A DNA stretch of 64,000 nucleotides from Corallochytrium limacisporum Hawaii (Eukaryota > Protista > Pluriformea), in the NCBI GenBank assembly GCA_002811645.1, contig PDIP01000033.1, forward strand, positions 182,556 through 246,555. The letters run 5' to 3'. Each line of letters begins with the position of its first letter. Within the stretch, counting starts at the first letter, position 1. The notes beneath the pieces were generated by a model, which did not search any database, was not told where the DNA came from, and saw only the letters and a program-made list of their open reading frames with translations. A program made the translations under genes and the position numbers. This document shows positions 1 to 11,202 of this stretch, piece by piece.

Positions 1-536
1 ATCCATTTCATCGCCCACTGACCGTACAATCTCAGCACCGATCTCCCAACGGCTCAGCAGCGACGGCAGTCCTCCAGTTTTGGGTCCAACACCACAGTGA
101 CTTTAAAGAAAATAAGGCAATAGGGAAAGGCAATACAGCATCCATTTCATCTAACGACTGAGGTTTCGCGTTTTGGGCCAGCGGCCAGGCCCCCCCCCCC
201 CGGGAGGGTGGTTTCCCAATTTCCTCCGCAGAGGGAACACACCCCCTCCCTCTCTTCTCTGTGGCTAGCGACCGAACGCGCTAAGATGGAAATTTTACCC
301 CGCTGAAGCGGGACGCCGTCCCCGAAGAACAACGACTTGGTGACGCTGAAACGGAGCGTATTTCAAAGGATCAGACTCTCACCATAAGTATGCCAATTAT
401 TTAATAAAGCACCAATGGAAACAAATTTTAGAGAAAGAGGACGTCTTTTTTGACATCATTTGTAGTATGGAACGAAGATGTGAATCGAAATAAGCAGTTC
501 GAGTGCTGACGGATAGAATACACAGAGCCAATTACC

Positions 537-2102
537 ATGAAACGGTTACGGAAGGCTCTCGGAGGCGGTGGCAATGCAGCCGTTGCGCCAAGCAAACTTG
601 GGGCTGCTGAACGTCTCTCAACGGAGGTTAGTATGAGACCATCATTGCAAGACACGGTACTCCTCGAAAAGAATCTTTTGGCCAAAGCGGAAGACAAAGA
701 AACGGGCCAACTGCAGTGTTATACACTGATCCAAGCTGCTCAGAATACACTTATGGACATGGAAATTGTACCTACGGCAGTAATAGAACTAGTGGACATG
801 GTATATAGACACCCGGAAGCATATATTCAGGTAATAGTTACCAGCGTACGGGAATTGCGCAGCTACGATGGTACGGCGGAGGTGATCATCGAAATGATCA
901 TTGCCCAATTGGCCATCCCCACTCAGCAGACATTGCAACGGCTGGTCCGTATTCTGCACAACATTTTTATGGCGCCTCGGGCTGTGGTCTACGAGAAGCG
1001 CAATGTGCTCATCGTCTGGTTGTTTCTGCTGTGGTCCCTGCGGTCTGAACGACTGCAGTCCATTGACCTCAACCCGCTGGTCGACATTGTTATGCAAAGT
1101 CTTGCGCTAGGTACTGAACCCATCCTCCAACTGTTCAGCAGCCTTGTGTTGGAGGCCATGCTTCAACGTAACGTCCATTTCGTCTACGCCAACCAGGTGA
1201 GCTTTGCAGAATATTTGTACACAGTGGTTAGCCTCTACCGCCAGAATGAGGGCCTCCTGACCTGTTTAGAGCGCGAGGTACTCTTTGTCTGCAGTTGGAT
1301 GCTTGATGGTGTGCTGCCACATCGATTTTGGCGGCCACAGCCGAGGCCTCAGGGGCCCAATCGGCACATTCGCATGTTACCCTTACACCCACAAACCACG
1401 GTCAAGATGAGTCCTGACGGGGCGGAAATCCGCAACGACGGACATACCTACGAAGTGCTGCGACTCACGGCAGGTGCAAAGACTGGCAAATGGTTCTTCG
1501 AAATTACCATTCTGACAAAGGGTATTGTTAAGATCGGGTTCGTGCAGGAGTCCGCACCAATAATGCAAGGTCAACAAGAGGAGGACCTCGGGATGGACGA
1601 ATTCTCCTGGGCCTATGACGGCCACCGACAGCTGTTGCACCACGGGGACACAAGCTCAGTTTACACTACGTGCCCATGGCAGGCCGGCGTGGTGGTTGGG
1701 ACGTACATTGACATGGAGGCCAAGCACATGATATTTACGGTGGATGGGCACACTATCGGTAAGTGCTTCACCGATTGTGTTGATTTTCAGAACAACACGG
1801 ACACACTATGCCCTGCGATCTCCCTGGGCCGATTCCAACACGTTCTCGTCAATTTCGGCACCACTGAGTTTCAGTACCCGCCACACAGTTTCGATGTCTT
1901 TGCTGCGGCACCATCGACTGGTCAAAACCAAAACTTGGACCGCTCGCGCAGCAACAGTAACAGCAACAACATTATCTACGTGCCACCGTCGCAGATGCTG
2001 CACATAAACGATGGCCAACACCACGGGGACTATGGACACAGTACACCCTTGGCGGGCGCGGGCTATACGCCGGACCGGACGTCTCTTATTCAATGGCATT
2101 GA
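537..2102 (+). CDS. SPRY/B30.2-domain protein, RSPRY1-like (no C-terminal RING visible)
   Basis: 521-aa ORF. Helical N-half, then SPRY motifs: EIRNDG..YE, GKWFFEITILTKGIVKIGF, DLGMDEFSWAYDG, WQAGVVVG, PAISL, VNFGTTEFQYPP. Confidence 0.8.
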   Translation: MKRLRKALGGGGNAAVAPSKLGAAERLSTEVSMRPSLQDTVLLEKNLLAKAEDKETGQLQCYTLIQAAQNTLMDMEIVPTAVIELVDMVYRHPEAYIQVIVTSVRELRSYDGTAEVIIEMIIAQLAIPTQQTLQRLVRILHNIFMAPRAVVYEKRNVLIVWLFLLWSLRSERLQSIDLNPLVDIVMQSLALGTEPILQLFSSLVLEAMLQRNVHFVYANQVSFAEYLYTVVSLYRQNEGLLTCLEREVLFVCSWMLDGVLPHRFWRPQPRPQGPNRHIRMLPLHPQTTVKMSPDGAEIRNDGHTYEVLRLTAGAKTGKWFFEITILTKGIVKIGFVQESAPIMQGQQEEDLGMDEFSWAYDGHRQLLHHGDTSSVYTTCPWQAGVVVGTYIDMEAKHMIFTVDGHTIGKCFTDCVDFQNNTDTLCPAISLGRFQHVLVNFGTTEFQYPPHSFDVFAAAPSTGQNQNLDRSRSNSNSNNIIYVPPSQMLHINDGQHHGDYGHSTPLAGAGYTPDRTSLIQWH

Positions 2103-2206
2103 AAAATCTGATGTCTATTCCTGTTACTGTTTATGTACATATAAAAGAATGTTTGTAAGATAACGAAATGTGTCGTACTATGATCTGTCTCTCGAGTGGG
2201 CTTTGC

Positions 2207-2713
<507 letters not shown>

Positions 2714-3263
2714 TTATCTACAATGTTGCTGTTGAAAGAGGACTACAACTTCATCTAATGGTTCTAAGTTCAATCGATTTGGAAACCCCAGTGTCCAGCA
2801 GTTCTTTATATCTTGTCTTTCGCTAACCCGAACTATATATCTCATCACAGTTCTGTGCCGGGAGTGCTGAACACTCTTGCAAGTCTTTAATATCAGCCAC
2901 ACAGGCGAGCATAGCCGGTCAAAGCCTAAGACATCTGTTGCATTAGAAGCGTACCAGGAATGGGGTCGACTCCACAAGAATGTAACCCACGTCTCGAAGG
3001 ATGAAACTGCGAGTTCTCAATGTATGGAGCGGGGGCCACCCCTACCCGGGGGACCACGACGCGGCCGCAGGCAAACTGCCAAGGGGATCCTGTTCGGGAC
3101 CGACAGAAGGGGACCGGGATCACTCACATAGGCACGAGTTCCCCCCCTCCCCCCCCACCCCCAAATGACTGCCTATATAAGACTTTATATATTTATTTTT
3201 CGCCTGGTACCTCCAGTAGTACCTTCACAACCCTCGTACTGGGCTTTCAAGCCCGGTATAGAG

Positions 3264-3336
3264 GGGGCTATAGCACAATTGGTAGTGCATCTGACTCCAG
3301 ATCAGAAGGTTGGGCGTTCGAGTCGCTCTGGCCCCA
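3264..3336 (+). tRNA. trnW: tRNA-Trp (CCA), intronless
   Basis: Acceptor stem GGGGCTA/TGGCCCC, D-loop AATTGGTA, anticodon arm TCTGA-CTCCAGA-TCAGA, T-arm GGGCG-TTCGAGT-CGCTC, followed by a TTTT Pol III terminator. Confidence 0.95.
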
Positions 3337-3384
3337 CATTTTCCGGCGAGTCAAGGTCTACCCCCCTAACTATAGGGTCTACAA

Positions 3385-3424
<40 letters not shown>

Positions 3425-3530
3425 NNNNNNNNNNNNNNNNNNNNNNNNNNNNNNNNNNNNNNNNNNNNNNNNNNNNNNNNNNNNNNNNNNNNNNNNNNNN
3501 NNNNNNNNNNNNNNNNNNNNNNNNNNNNNN
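3425..3530. other. Assembly gap flanked by poly-T
   Basis: N run. Confidence 1.
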
Positions 3531-3588
3531 TTTTTTTGTGCTTTTTTTCCTCCCCCCGCAGTTCCTGCGCGTTTGCATTTCAACCCTA

Positions 3589-3598
3589 CGCGCCAAAA
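3589..3598 (-). promoter_or_regulatory. E2F-consensus site (TTTTGGCGCG) upstream of HAT1
   Basis: cgcgccaaaa matches TTTSSCGC on the minus strand, about 230 bp upstream of the ATG. A GGCGGGAT also lies near 3658. Confidence 0.4.
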
Positions 3599-3824
3599 AC
3601 ACAACAGCCTGGGCAGTGGTGGTAGCACCGTGGATCCCCAATTCGTGGACCCGGATCGGCGGGATTTGGGCTGTGTCGGTAATGTTTCCGATAAAGGCTA
3701 TAAGATGTAAACGACCGATGGGTTCGAGTGATTCCTATTCGGCCGAATGGGATAGGTGGAGAGCTGGATTATGGCAGAGTGTGATAGAATCACGTTGCTG
3801 TCTGTTCGTTGGTAAGGAGAAGAT

Positions 3825-5015
3825 ATGCCCTCAATAGTAGCCATGGACGAAGAAGTGGTGCTGCAAGACATCGATGCTGAGGCATTGCGTGAGTATGTCT
3901 CTGACATGCTTGAATGTACCAAAATCAAACTGGTTGATCGGGAAGGTAAAGAGCTCGCTGAGTTTGCACCTGAGTACATGCACCAGGTCTTCAATGAGGA
4001 GCAAGTTTTTGGCTACAAAGATCTGAAGCTCTGCTTTACATATACTGCAGGATCTCTGGACCTCTATGTGAGCGTCGACTACGCGGAAAAGATTGATCAG
4101 AAGCCATTTGAAGCCGAAGACATTCTCAAACTACTCCGTAGCTCCTTACTGCCGGAGGAGACCTCCTTTGTTACGTCCTCCGGTGAGTTTGAAGCAAAGT
4201 GCATGGAAAAACAGAAGGACTTCAAGCCTCATGGCACTTTATTGCACAAATATGACCGGGAAGACAAAGCTATCGAGGGCCAAATGAACCACTGCGAAAT
4301 TTATACCGTGCGGCCTGCAGAGTCAGCCGCATTCCGCAGCTATCTGGCCCAAATGGAGACCTTTGCCTTGTACTTCATTGAAACTGCAGCCTACATTGAC
4401 GGAGAGGACGAACGGTGGAATTTTTATGTGTCCTACAGAGTGGTAAATGACGAGGAATACGAGTTGATCGGATACACATCGACTTACGATTTCTATGGCT
4501 ACCCGGACGGCAAGCGGGTGCGCGTCGCCCAGGTCGTTATTCTGCCCCCGTTCAAGGGCCGTGGTCATGGTCGGGAGCTGTTGAAATGCATATACACTGC
4601 AGGTGAGTCCGACGCTACGGTTGTAGATGTGCAAGTTGAGGATCCGAGCCCGGCGTACCAGAGTTTGCGCGATGCTCTAGACCTCGAGCGTGTGCTTAAG
4701 GCCAAGCTGGTTGACTCCGGGGTCAAGGATCTCCGAGTGCCCAAGGAATTTTACGAGCGCGCACGGAAGCAACTGAAATTGGGCCGTAAGCAGGCTAAGA
4801 AAGTATATCAGATGGCCATTCTGAAGAACACAAACATGCTGGACGAGAACCAGGCCCGGGAATACCGCCTGGGATTCAAGCGATCACTGTGGAATGCCGT
4901 TGGGGACGACCGGAACGCCAACCCGGAGGAACTCAAGCAGAGCCTGGAGGCAATCTACCAGGACACTTTGAAGCATTACCAGGACTGCATCGACCGTGTA
5001 GACGCACGATCGTGA
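3825..5015 (+). CDS. HAT1: Histone acetyltransferase type B catalytic subunit
   Basis: FAPEYMHQVF..EQVFGYKDL, YFIETAAYID, RVRVAQVVILPPFKGRGHG, VEDPSPAYQSLRD motifs. Confidence 0.95.
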   Translation: MPSIVAMDEEVVLQDIDAEALREYVSDMLECTKIKLVDREGKELAEFAPEYMHQVFNEEQVFGYKDLKLCFTYTAGSLDLYVSVDYAEKIDQKPFEAEDILKLLRSSLLPEETSFVTSSGEFEAKCMEKQKDFKPHGTLLHKYDREDKAIEGQMNHCEIYTVRPAESAAFRSYLAQMETFALYFIETAAYIDGEDERWNFYVSYRVVNDEEYELIGYTSTYDFYGYPDGKRVRVAQVVILPPFKGRGHGRELLKCIYTAGESDATVVDVQVEDPSPAYQSLRDALDLERVLKAKLVDSGVKDLRVPKEFYERARKQLKLGRKQAKKVYQMAILKNTNMLDENQAREYRLGFKRSLWNAVGDDRNANPEELKQSLEAIYQDTLKHYQDCIDRVDARS

Positions 5016-5140
5016 AGAGAACAGCGATTTTACAACGGCGTGAGCTTTCATAAAAAACTATGTAGGTCCTTGATGTATTGAAGTTGCCGGAAAAGAACAG
5101 TATAGAACTCTCTCCAGCGTGGCCAGCGCATTGACGACTT

Positions 5141-6595
5141 TCAGTAGCCAAACTTGGCTTCCGTGGCAGTAACATACTCTTCCATCGGGTCCTTGTGCTG
5201 CTTGGACTGGAAGATCAGGCGCGCGTCCGGGGTGAGCAGGTCAAGGTCAGCTTCATTGCGGATTAGACCCGGAGGTAGGGCCCCAACAAGGCGACTCGCA
5301 TGCTCTCGTAACATGCGCTGTCGCTCCTCTTCGATAATCCGGCGACGGATCTCCTCGTGTTGTGCCTCCATACGGGCCTCCTGAATCTCGGCCTCCTGCT
5401 CCATCCGTACACGCTCGCGGCGCTCCGCGATGAGCGCCTCCACAGCCCGCTTATGCTCAAGCTGCTTCATGCGCCGCTTCTGCTGCGACATCTGTTCAAT
5501 GCGTTCATCCTCAGCGAACTTCTCTAGCATACGCTGGCGGAAGAACTCTTCCTCTGCCTCTTCCTCCCTGCGGCGGAGCTCCTTCTCCTGCATCTGCTCT
5601 TTGAACGATTCACGGGCTTCCAGACGCTGTCGCAACCGCTTCTCCATTTCCAGACGTTCATTCTCTCGCCGGGCAGCATCCTGTTCCTCTTCCACAAGCT
5701 CTGCACGGAGACGCTCGAGTTCTTCCTTTTCGGCCTCACGGGCGGCAAACTCGTTAGCCAGCCGGCTGTATATCTTTCTCTTCTCGGCTTCGAGTGCTTC
5801 CTGTGCAGCTTTCCGCTTGGCATCCTGTCCCCCCTTGTACTGAACGAAGCGCTCAATAGCAGCATTCTCCTCAGCCTGGCGCTCGCGCTCCTCTTCCATC
5901 CAGCGTTCACGAGCAGCCATGAATTCCTTAATCTCGGTCTTGGTCTTGTTCTGAGACTCCAGGCGGCTGAGGACTTCGCGTTCGTCCTCTTCCTGAATCT
6001 TCCTGACGATATCATCTATCATCATCTTCTCGTGCAGAAATTCCTCATAGGCAGCTTCTTGCCTCTTCTTTTCAAATTCAAGCTGGCACTGTAGTTGAAG
6101 CTTGTATTCGTGCTTCTTGCGGTGCTCTTCAGCTTCCTGCTGAGTCACTCCGTCACCGTCCAGGGCGACCTTCTCCTCCAGAGCCCGCGTGTATTCGTAG
6201 TCTGTCTGGCGCTCAGCCTTCGCGCGAGCCTCACGCTCTGCGACCTGAGCAAGTTGTTCCTGTGTAATATATGCAGCCTTGAGCTTAGCCTCTAGCTCAC
6301 GGATCTCGGGGGCATTCTCACGCACCAATTGCCGGAACTTTTCCTCACGGTCTGCCTCACGTTTCAGCCCTGCCAGGGCTTCGGCTAGCCGTTCCTCCTC
6401 CGCACGTCGCTGGGCTTCCTCAACAAATTCCCGTTCCTTCTCCTGAAAACTCCGCAACAATTCCATTTCTTCTTGCTCCCGACGCAATTTCTTCGCCCTG
6501 CGAATGTTCTCAGCGTTGCGCGTGCTCTCCATGGAGGCCCTGATCTGCATCTCTTCCTGCACGTTATTGCGTGCTCGCGCACTTCCGAACGACAT
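5141..6595 (-). CDS. MNS1: Meiosis-specific nuclear structural protein 1 (TPH coiled coil, axonemal)
   Basis: RENAPEIRELEAKLKAAY, EKMMIDDIVRKIQEED, MLEKFAEDERIEQMSQQKRRMKQLEHKR, IIEEERQRMLREHA..L.G.LPPG motifs. Confidence 0.92.
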   Translation of the reverse strand: MSFGSARARNNVQEEMQIRASMESTRNAENIRRAKKLRREQEEMELLRSFQEKEREFVEEAQRRAEEERLAEALAGLKREADREEKFRQLVRENAPEIRELEAKLKAAYITQEQLAQVAEREARAKAERQTDYEYTRALEEKVALDGDGVTQQEAEEHRKKHEYKLQLQCQLEFEKKRQEAAYEEFLHEKMMIDDIVRKIQEEDEREVLSRLESQNKTKTEIKEFMAARERWMEEERERQAEENAAIERFVQYKGGQDAKRKAAQEALEAEKRKIYSRLANEFAAREAEKEELERLRAELVEEEQDAARRENERLEMEKRLRQRLEARESFKEQMQEKELRRREEEAEEEFFRQRMLEKFAEDERIEQMSQQKRRMKQLEHKRAVEALIAERRERVRMEQEAEIQEARMEAQHEEIRRRIIEEERQRMLREHASRLVGALPPGLIRNEADLDLLTPDARLIFQSKQHKDPMEEYVTATEAKFGY

Positions 6596-7593
6596 GGTCT
6601 CTAGCTTGGTCGATCGTGGCTTCCTTCCACTGTAACACTGTTGAAATAGCTTTATGTCTGGTCCATAACGAAGTTCATTGACTGAACTTTACGGTACTTC
6701 ATGTGAGATAGGGAGGGCGTCTGATTCTGTAGTACCTTGTCTTCTGTGTGTCTCCATGGTCGTATGAGATGCATCTGGCGCGATAGTTCCACGTACAACC
6801 TAAATACCAAACTAGGAATTTCTTCGTCCTAACGGTTGCATCTTCTGAACCATGGCCATCCAGTTTTGAATGGGTTCTGAGTTCTAAACGCCGAATCTCA
6901 CATCTGCCCCTCATTATCCCGTAAGCTGCTCAAGGTAACCCACCGACTCCCGCCGAGGGGGAGGTAACCCGGAGCGCGCTGACAGAGAGAGCGCGAGAAG
7001 AGACCCGGGGGGAAAGCACGTCCCTACTCGTAAAGGCCCAAGCGAAATAAAAATGGGCCCCCGACACAGCAGACAAGAGCGGCGAATGCCCAATAGTGCC
7101 GGTACCGCCCGTCGGGAGCGCAGTGGTAAAAAGGTTGGGGAGGGGAAGTGTGGAAAATGCCGGCAGAGTTGGCTATGTACCGAGGTTTGGAATTTTCGGG
7201 TGCCGAGACTGCAGAGGCTTTCCTATATGTGCGGATAGGGATATACTGAATATATTAAAGAGAATAGGTGTGACCTATATATCGATATTGAATGTACGGC
7301 TTTGATCCGCTGCACACTGTCCGCAAAGTCGGGTGCTGAGGGGTACGGAGGGGCACGGGGCGGCCACACTAGGCGCCACAACCACAAACAGTGTGGAGGG
7401 ACCGGGCAGAGGCGGTGCTCTCCAAATTTGAAGCACAAGTACTCGGCTTCAAAGCACATGACGGGAAAGGAAGGGTATGCATCTGTCCGAGATCATGGAT
7501 TCTATAGCCAACCAAGTATATGAGGGGAACGTGGTAAGAATAACAAAATTTTGATGTTGCTCCTCCAAGCGTTCTCAAACCTTAAGTCAGCTC

Positions 7594-7728
7594 TCGGGAT
7601 GTGATCGGTCGGGTTAATGCTAGTCGGTTGCAGATCTTGTCGCGGGACGCCTCTACTATCGGGTGCTTTTCGGTCGGGATTGTCCGGACGTTTTGTCGGG
7701 ATACGTCTACGGTTGGTTTGTTATCGGG
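7594..7728 (+). repeat. Dense cluster of TCGG(G) motifs
   Basis: Six TCGGG and three further TCGGT within about 135 bp, including TCGGTCGGG twice. Confidence 0.6.
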
Positions 7729-8417
7729 TGGGCGAGGCCCTGTAGCATGGCAATTTGATTGGGACTCGGCACTGTAAACGATCCATCCAGCAGCCTTTCA
7801 GCTGTTCTCATCGAGAGATGTATGAGTCAAAAGGACGCAAGATTTCTCTTCTTTCAACTCTCCCCTATCTCTTGTCTTTATCCGTCTGTAACTTCCTCAA
7901 AAATTCCTTACGCTCACACTTGTCCTCCAGTACCTCCCAATCACCTTCGGATCAACCGATCACATGACAGAACGGAAGCAAAGCTCTCGTCTTTACTATC
8001 GAAAAGTTTTCTTGTCTGTTTATTGGATTTCCGTGTATATGTAATAGTCATTGTTGGATGAAGGATAGAGCTCTGTGTTGGTGAAGCTTATAATAGAACG
8101 ACGCCCATGAGCATGGCCATGAACTTTCATAGTCCGTTCTACAAATTGGATACCTTGGTGGGACTATGATTTGAATGATATGATGAATAATAAAGGATGC
8201 ATGAATGATCATGTTGAAAGTAATAAGGATAGCCAGAAGCAACCACAGAGATTGTCGCTTCACTCAACACAGTCGATGTGAAAGGGGTTGATCTGACAAA
8301 AGATCGACAACTGCGTATAAATCCCTCCACTCCATAACTAGCAAAGTTTCAATCTGTGATGAACTTATGGAGGAGGTGGATGTTACGGGGAACAAACAAT
8401 AAGAGCTGGAATAGTGT

Positions 8418-8630
8418 TTAGAACTCAATGAATTGGCCACGGAAGACCATGGAGTTCATGGGATCCTTCTCGGCCTCGCGGCAACGAGCAAGGCTCGGGC
8501 TTCCCGGAGCCTGGGTCTGGACCTCAGAAGTCCTCACAGCGAAAAGAGTGGGAGGTACAGCAGCCGCCAGTGGGGCGTTAGCTTGACGGTACCATTTTTC
8601 AAGAGCCATGTCCTTCACTCTACGGAACAT
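8418..8630 (-). CDS. Candidate 70-aa microprotein (MFRRVKDMALEKW...DPMNSMVFRGQFIEF)
   Basis: ATG-initiated ORF with protein-like composition. It is followed by an AT-rich UTR-like region with AATAAA (reverse complement of 8019-8024). Confidence 0.45.
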   Translation of the reverse strand: MFRRVKDMALEKWYRQANAPLAAAVPPTLFAVRTSEVQTQAPGSPSLARCREAEKDPMNSMVFRGQFIEF

Positions 8631-11163
8631 GTCACGGGGATGATGTACTGTGGAGTCTGTCGTCTTGTCAGTCACTTGCACTCAGGCAATTGAAAGGTTT
8701 AGGGAGTGGGTCAGAGAACGGGAAAACCTCCTGAAAGCACTTTCAAGTGTTGTTGAAGAGGTTGTGAGAATGTTTCGTGGTCAAGAAATCACTGAATAGT
8801 GGTCGCTTTAGGGGTGGATCGGTCAAAGACGATGAGTCTTTACGAATCCTGGTTCAATACACACGGGTTATCACAAACTTGAAGAAACGGTATTGCAAGG
8901 AAGTTCATGCAAACCTAAGTTAGGACCATCCGATGCCATTCATGAGTATGTTCCTGACCACCCTTCGCTTAAATACTCGGCAACGCGTCCGGAGCGACTG
9001 CGCAAATGGACAACGAAAAGGCTTGGATTTGTCCTCTATTCCGACTACTACGAGGTGCGCTTTGAGGCAAGCAGTCACGAAGAAGGATTGGGGGAGAAGA
9101 AAAAAAGGAATGAATTTTTCAACATTGAAGAAAGACGAACGAACTGAGGCTAAGGAGAAGCAATAGTGAACGAGAGCGCGAAGGGATCGGGAGGGGGGGG
9201 GGATAATAGGTGCTGTAGAGAGAGACTCAGAACCAAGAAAAATAAACGAGCGGTGGGAAGGGGAGGGGGGACAGCGACCTCTCTGGAAAGTCCCGTAGAG
9301 AAACGGAAAAAAAAAGAAAGAAAAAAGAAAAAGGGGAAATTTTCGCGAAACATTTTGACTGTTTTACTGACCCTGGCCCCTTAATCTCGGTCCCGCATCT
9401 GCCAAAGATAGGGCAGTTATACGAATTACGCAGAGTATTGTGCGTCAGTATCCGCTCCGGGTCTTGCGAAATTTTCCGTCACAGCAAGGCGCACCCGAGA
9501 ATTTAACCAAAAAAAAAAGGAAGGAAGAGAAAAAAGGGTTCGAAGGGGGTTGGTTTGCTCAACAAAAATTCTTGGTGCAGCCTCAGCCCGGGCCCGAGGG
9601 GGGGGTTTCACAGCCTGGACTGTCTTTTTCGACCGCATCCGCAGTTTGCTTGGTGGCTCAGTGATCACCCACCCTCCTCCACCCGTCTGCCGTGACGGAG
9701 TGCCGCAGTAGCAGCGCATGCTACATGTCCAGAAAGGAATCGTGTCAGTTGGGTGACGAATAGGAGTGCTTGTTGTTCTGCTGTTTGCAAGGCATGCATG
9801 TCCATCCCTTGTCGGCCGAAGCGATCATCGTCACAAGCGAAGTGCAGGCCAGCCAGCGGTAGCGCGGTATCCCCAGCTTTCGAAGCCCTGTTCGAATCGG
9901 GAGGTGGGACTTCGTCCAGCAACCCTAACTATGAGCTTCCAAGCCCATTGCTGGTCTGCCCTGCTGGCTGCAATCGTCCGTTCCCTGCCACCGCAGCTGC
10001 AACGGCTCAACGGCTACACACACCTGCTGCAACCCAGCCCAAAGACTATCAGCCTCCCGTCCGTTCTCTCCTCCCCCCTCCCCCCCCTCCCCCGCGGGGG
10101 TTCCCCTCCCCCTTCGCTCTGAACCGACTTCTCGTTTCTCGTCGGTGTTAACCCACTAGAGATCTCCCCCCCTCCCCGGGGTCCCACCCCACACGCACAC
10201 AACAAACGCACACACAACAGTTTATGACCGCAAGAACTTTCTAGAAAGTTGCACTTTTTCGAATTTAACCAAAGATACTTAATTTGTTTTGAAAGCCTGG
10301 GTGGCAGCCACCCCCCCTCTCCCCCGCTTGGGGGGAGTTGGGGATCTGCCACGATTTTTTTTTGCTTGTCTTTTTTTTATTTGCAGCCTTTGCGGGGAAG
10401 TAGACCAGCCACTGGAGAGGAGGAAGGCGGGGGGGAGGGGGGGGATACATTTCTAACTTTTTTCTTTTACAAAATCAAAACAAGAAAATTGCAACCATCT
10501 ATACGTTCCATCGCTCGGTACAACGTTGGCTGACTTAGAAATCCGTGACGGTGGTTTCAGTATGGAGGACGAAGAACGGTGGTTCTCACGAGATTTTGTC
10601 CTCCCACTGCTTCTTTCTCGCATCACCAACGGCGAGTACCCGGCAATCCGAGTGAAGATTGTACGTATGTGCTCGTAATAGTGAACTCATTTGTTATATA
10701 ATTCATGCAAATAGGAAGGTCATACACCACCGGTTCCTACCGTTCTTGCACAACAAAAGTCTGCGTGAAGGGGCGGTCCGTTAACACCCCTCCCCCCGGG
10801 CGGCTAAGTCCCCTCTGTGCCCCCAGGGCGGCGAGGATTTTGTTGTGAGCCTGTATTCCATAAACCACTTGCCCAGATCAATCTTTCTGTCTGCGTGACT
10901 GGTTGGCTGGCTGGCTGGCTCTTCGTGTCTTTCATGTTCGGTCCGTCTGTCTCTCTCTCTCTCTCTGCGCTGGTCCTTCTGTTTGCGGACCCGACTCACC
11001 GCAAAACGAACTGAGGGCGGAGCAACGGGGGAGACACGAGCGAGAGCGTAGAGAGTGGGTACGGTCTAAGGGCAGCGAAGGTTGAGGGGGGGGGGGTTTG
11101 TGAGTGACACGTCTTCCACCCCCCCCCCCCCCCCCCCCCCAAAAACCCCCCCCCCCCCTTTTT

Positions 11164-11202
11164 NNNNNNNNNNNNNNNNNNNNNNNNNNNNNNNNNNNNN
11201 NN
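11164..11202. other. Assembly gap with near-duplicated flanks
   Basis: N run. G-run + TTTGTGAG.GACAC.TCTTCC + C-run appears on both sides. Confidence 0.9.

Noticed and set aside
3264-3336. tRNA-Trp as a UGA-readthrough or variant-code tRNA
   Set aside because: The anticodon stem is a normal 5 bp, and conserved genes end at TGA, TAA and TAG as expected. No sign of a variant code.
10562-10678. Small ORF/exon MEDEERWFSRDF... with GTACGT donor and possible TAG acceptor near 10713
   Set aside because: Under 55 aa either way, with no CTRAC branch at the usual distance and no recognisable homology.
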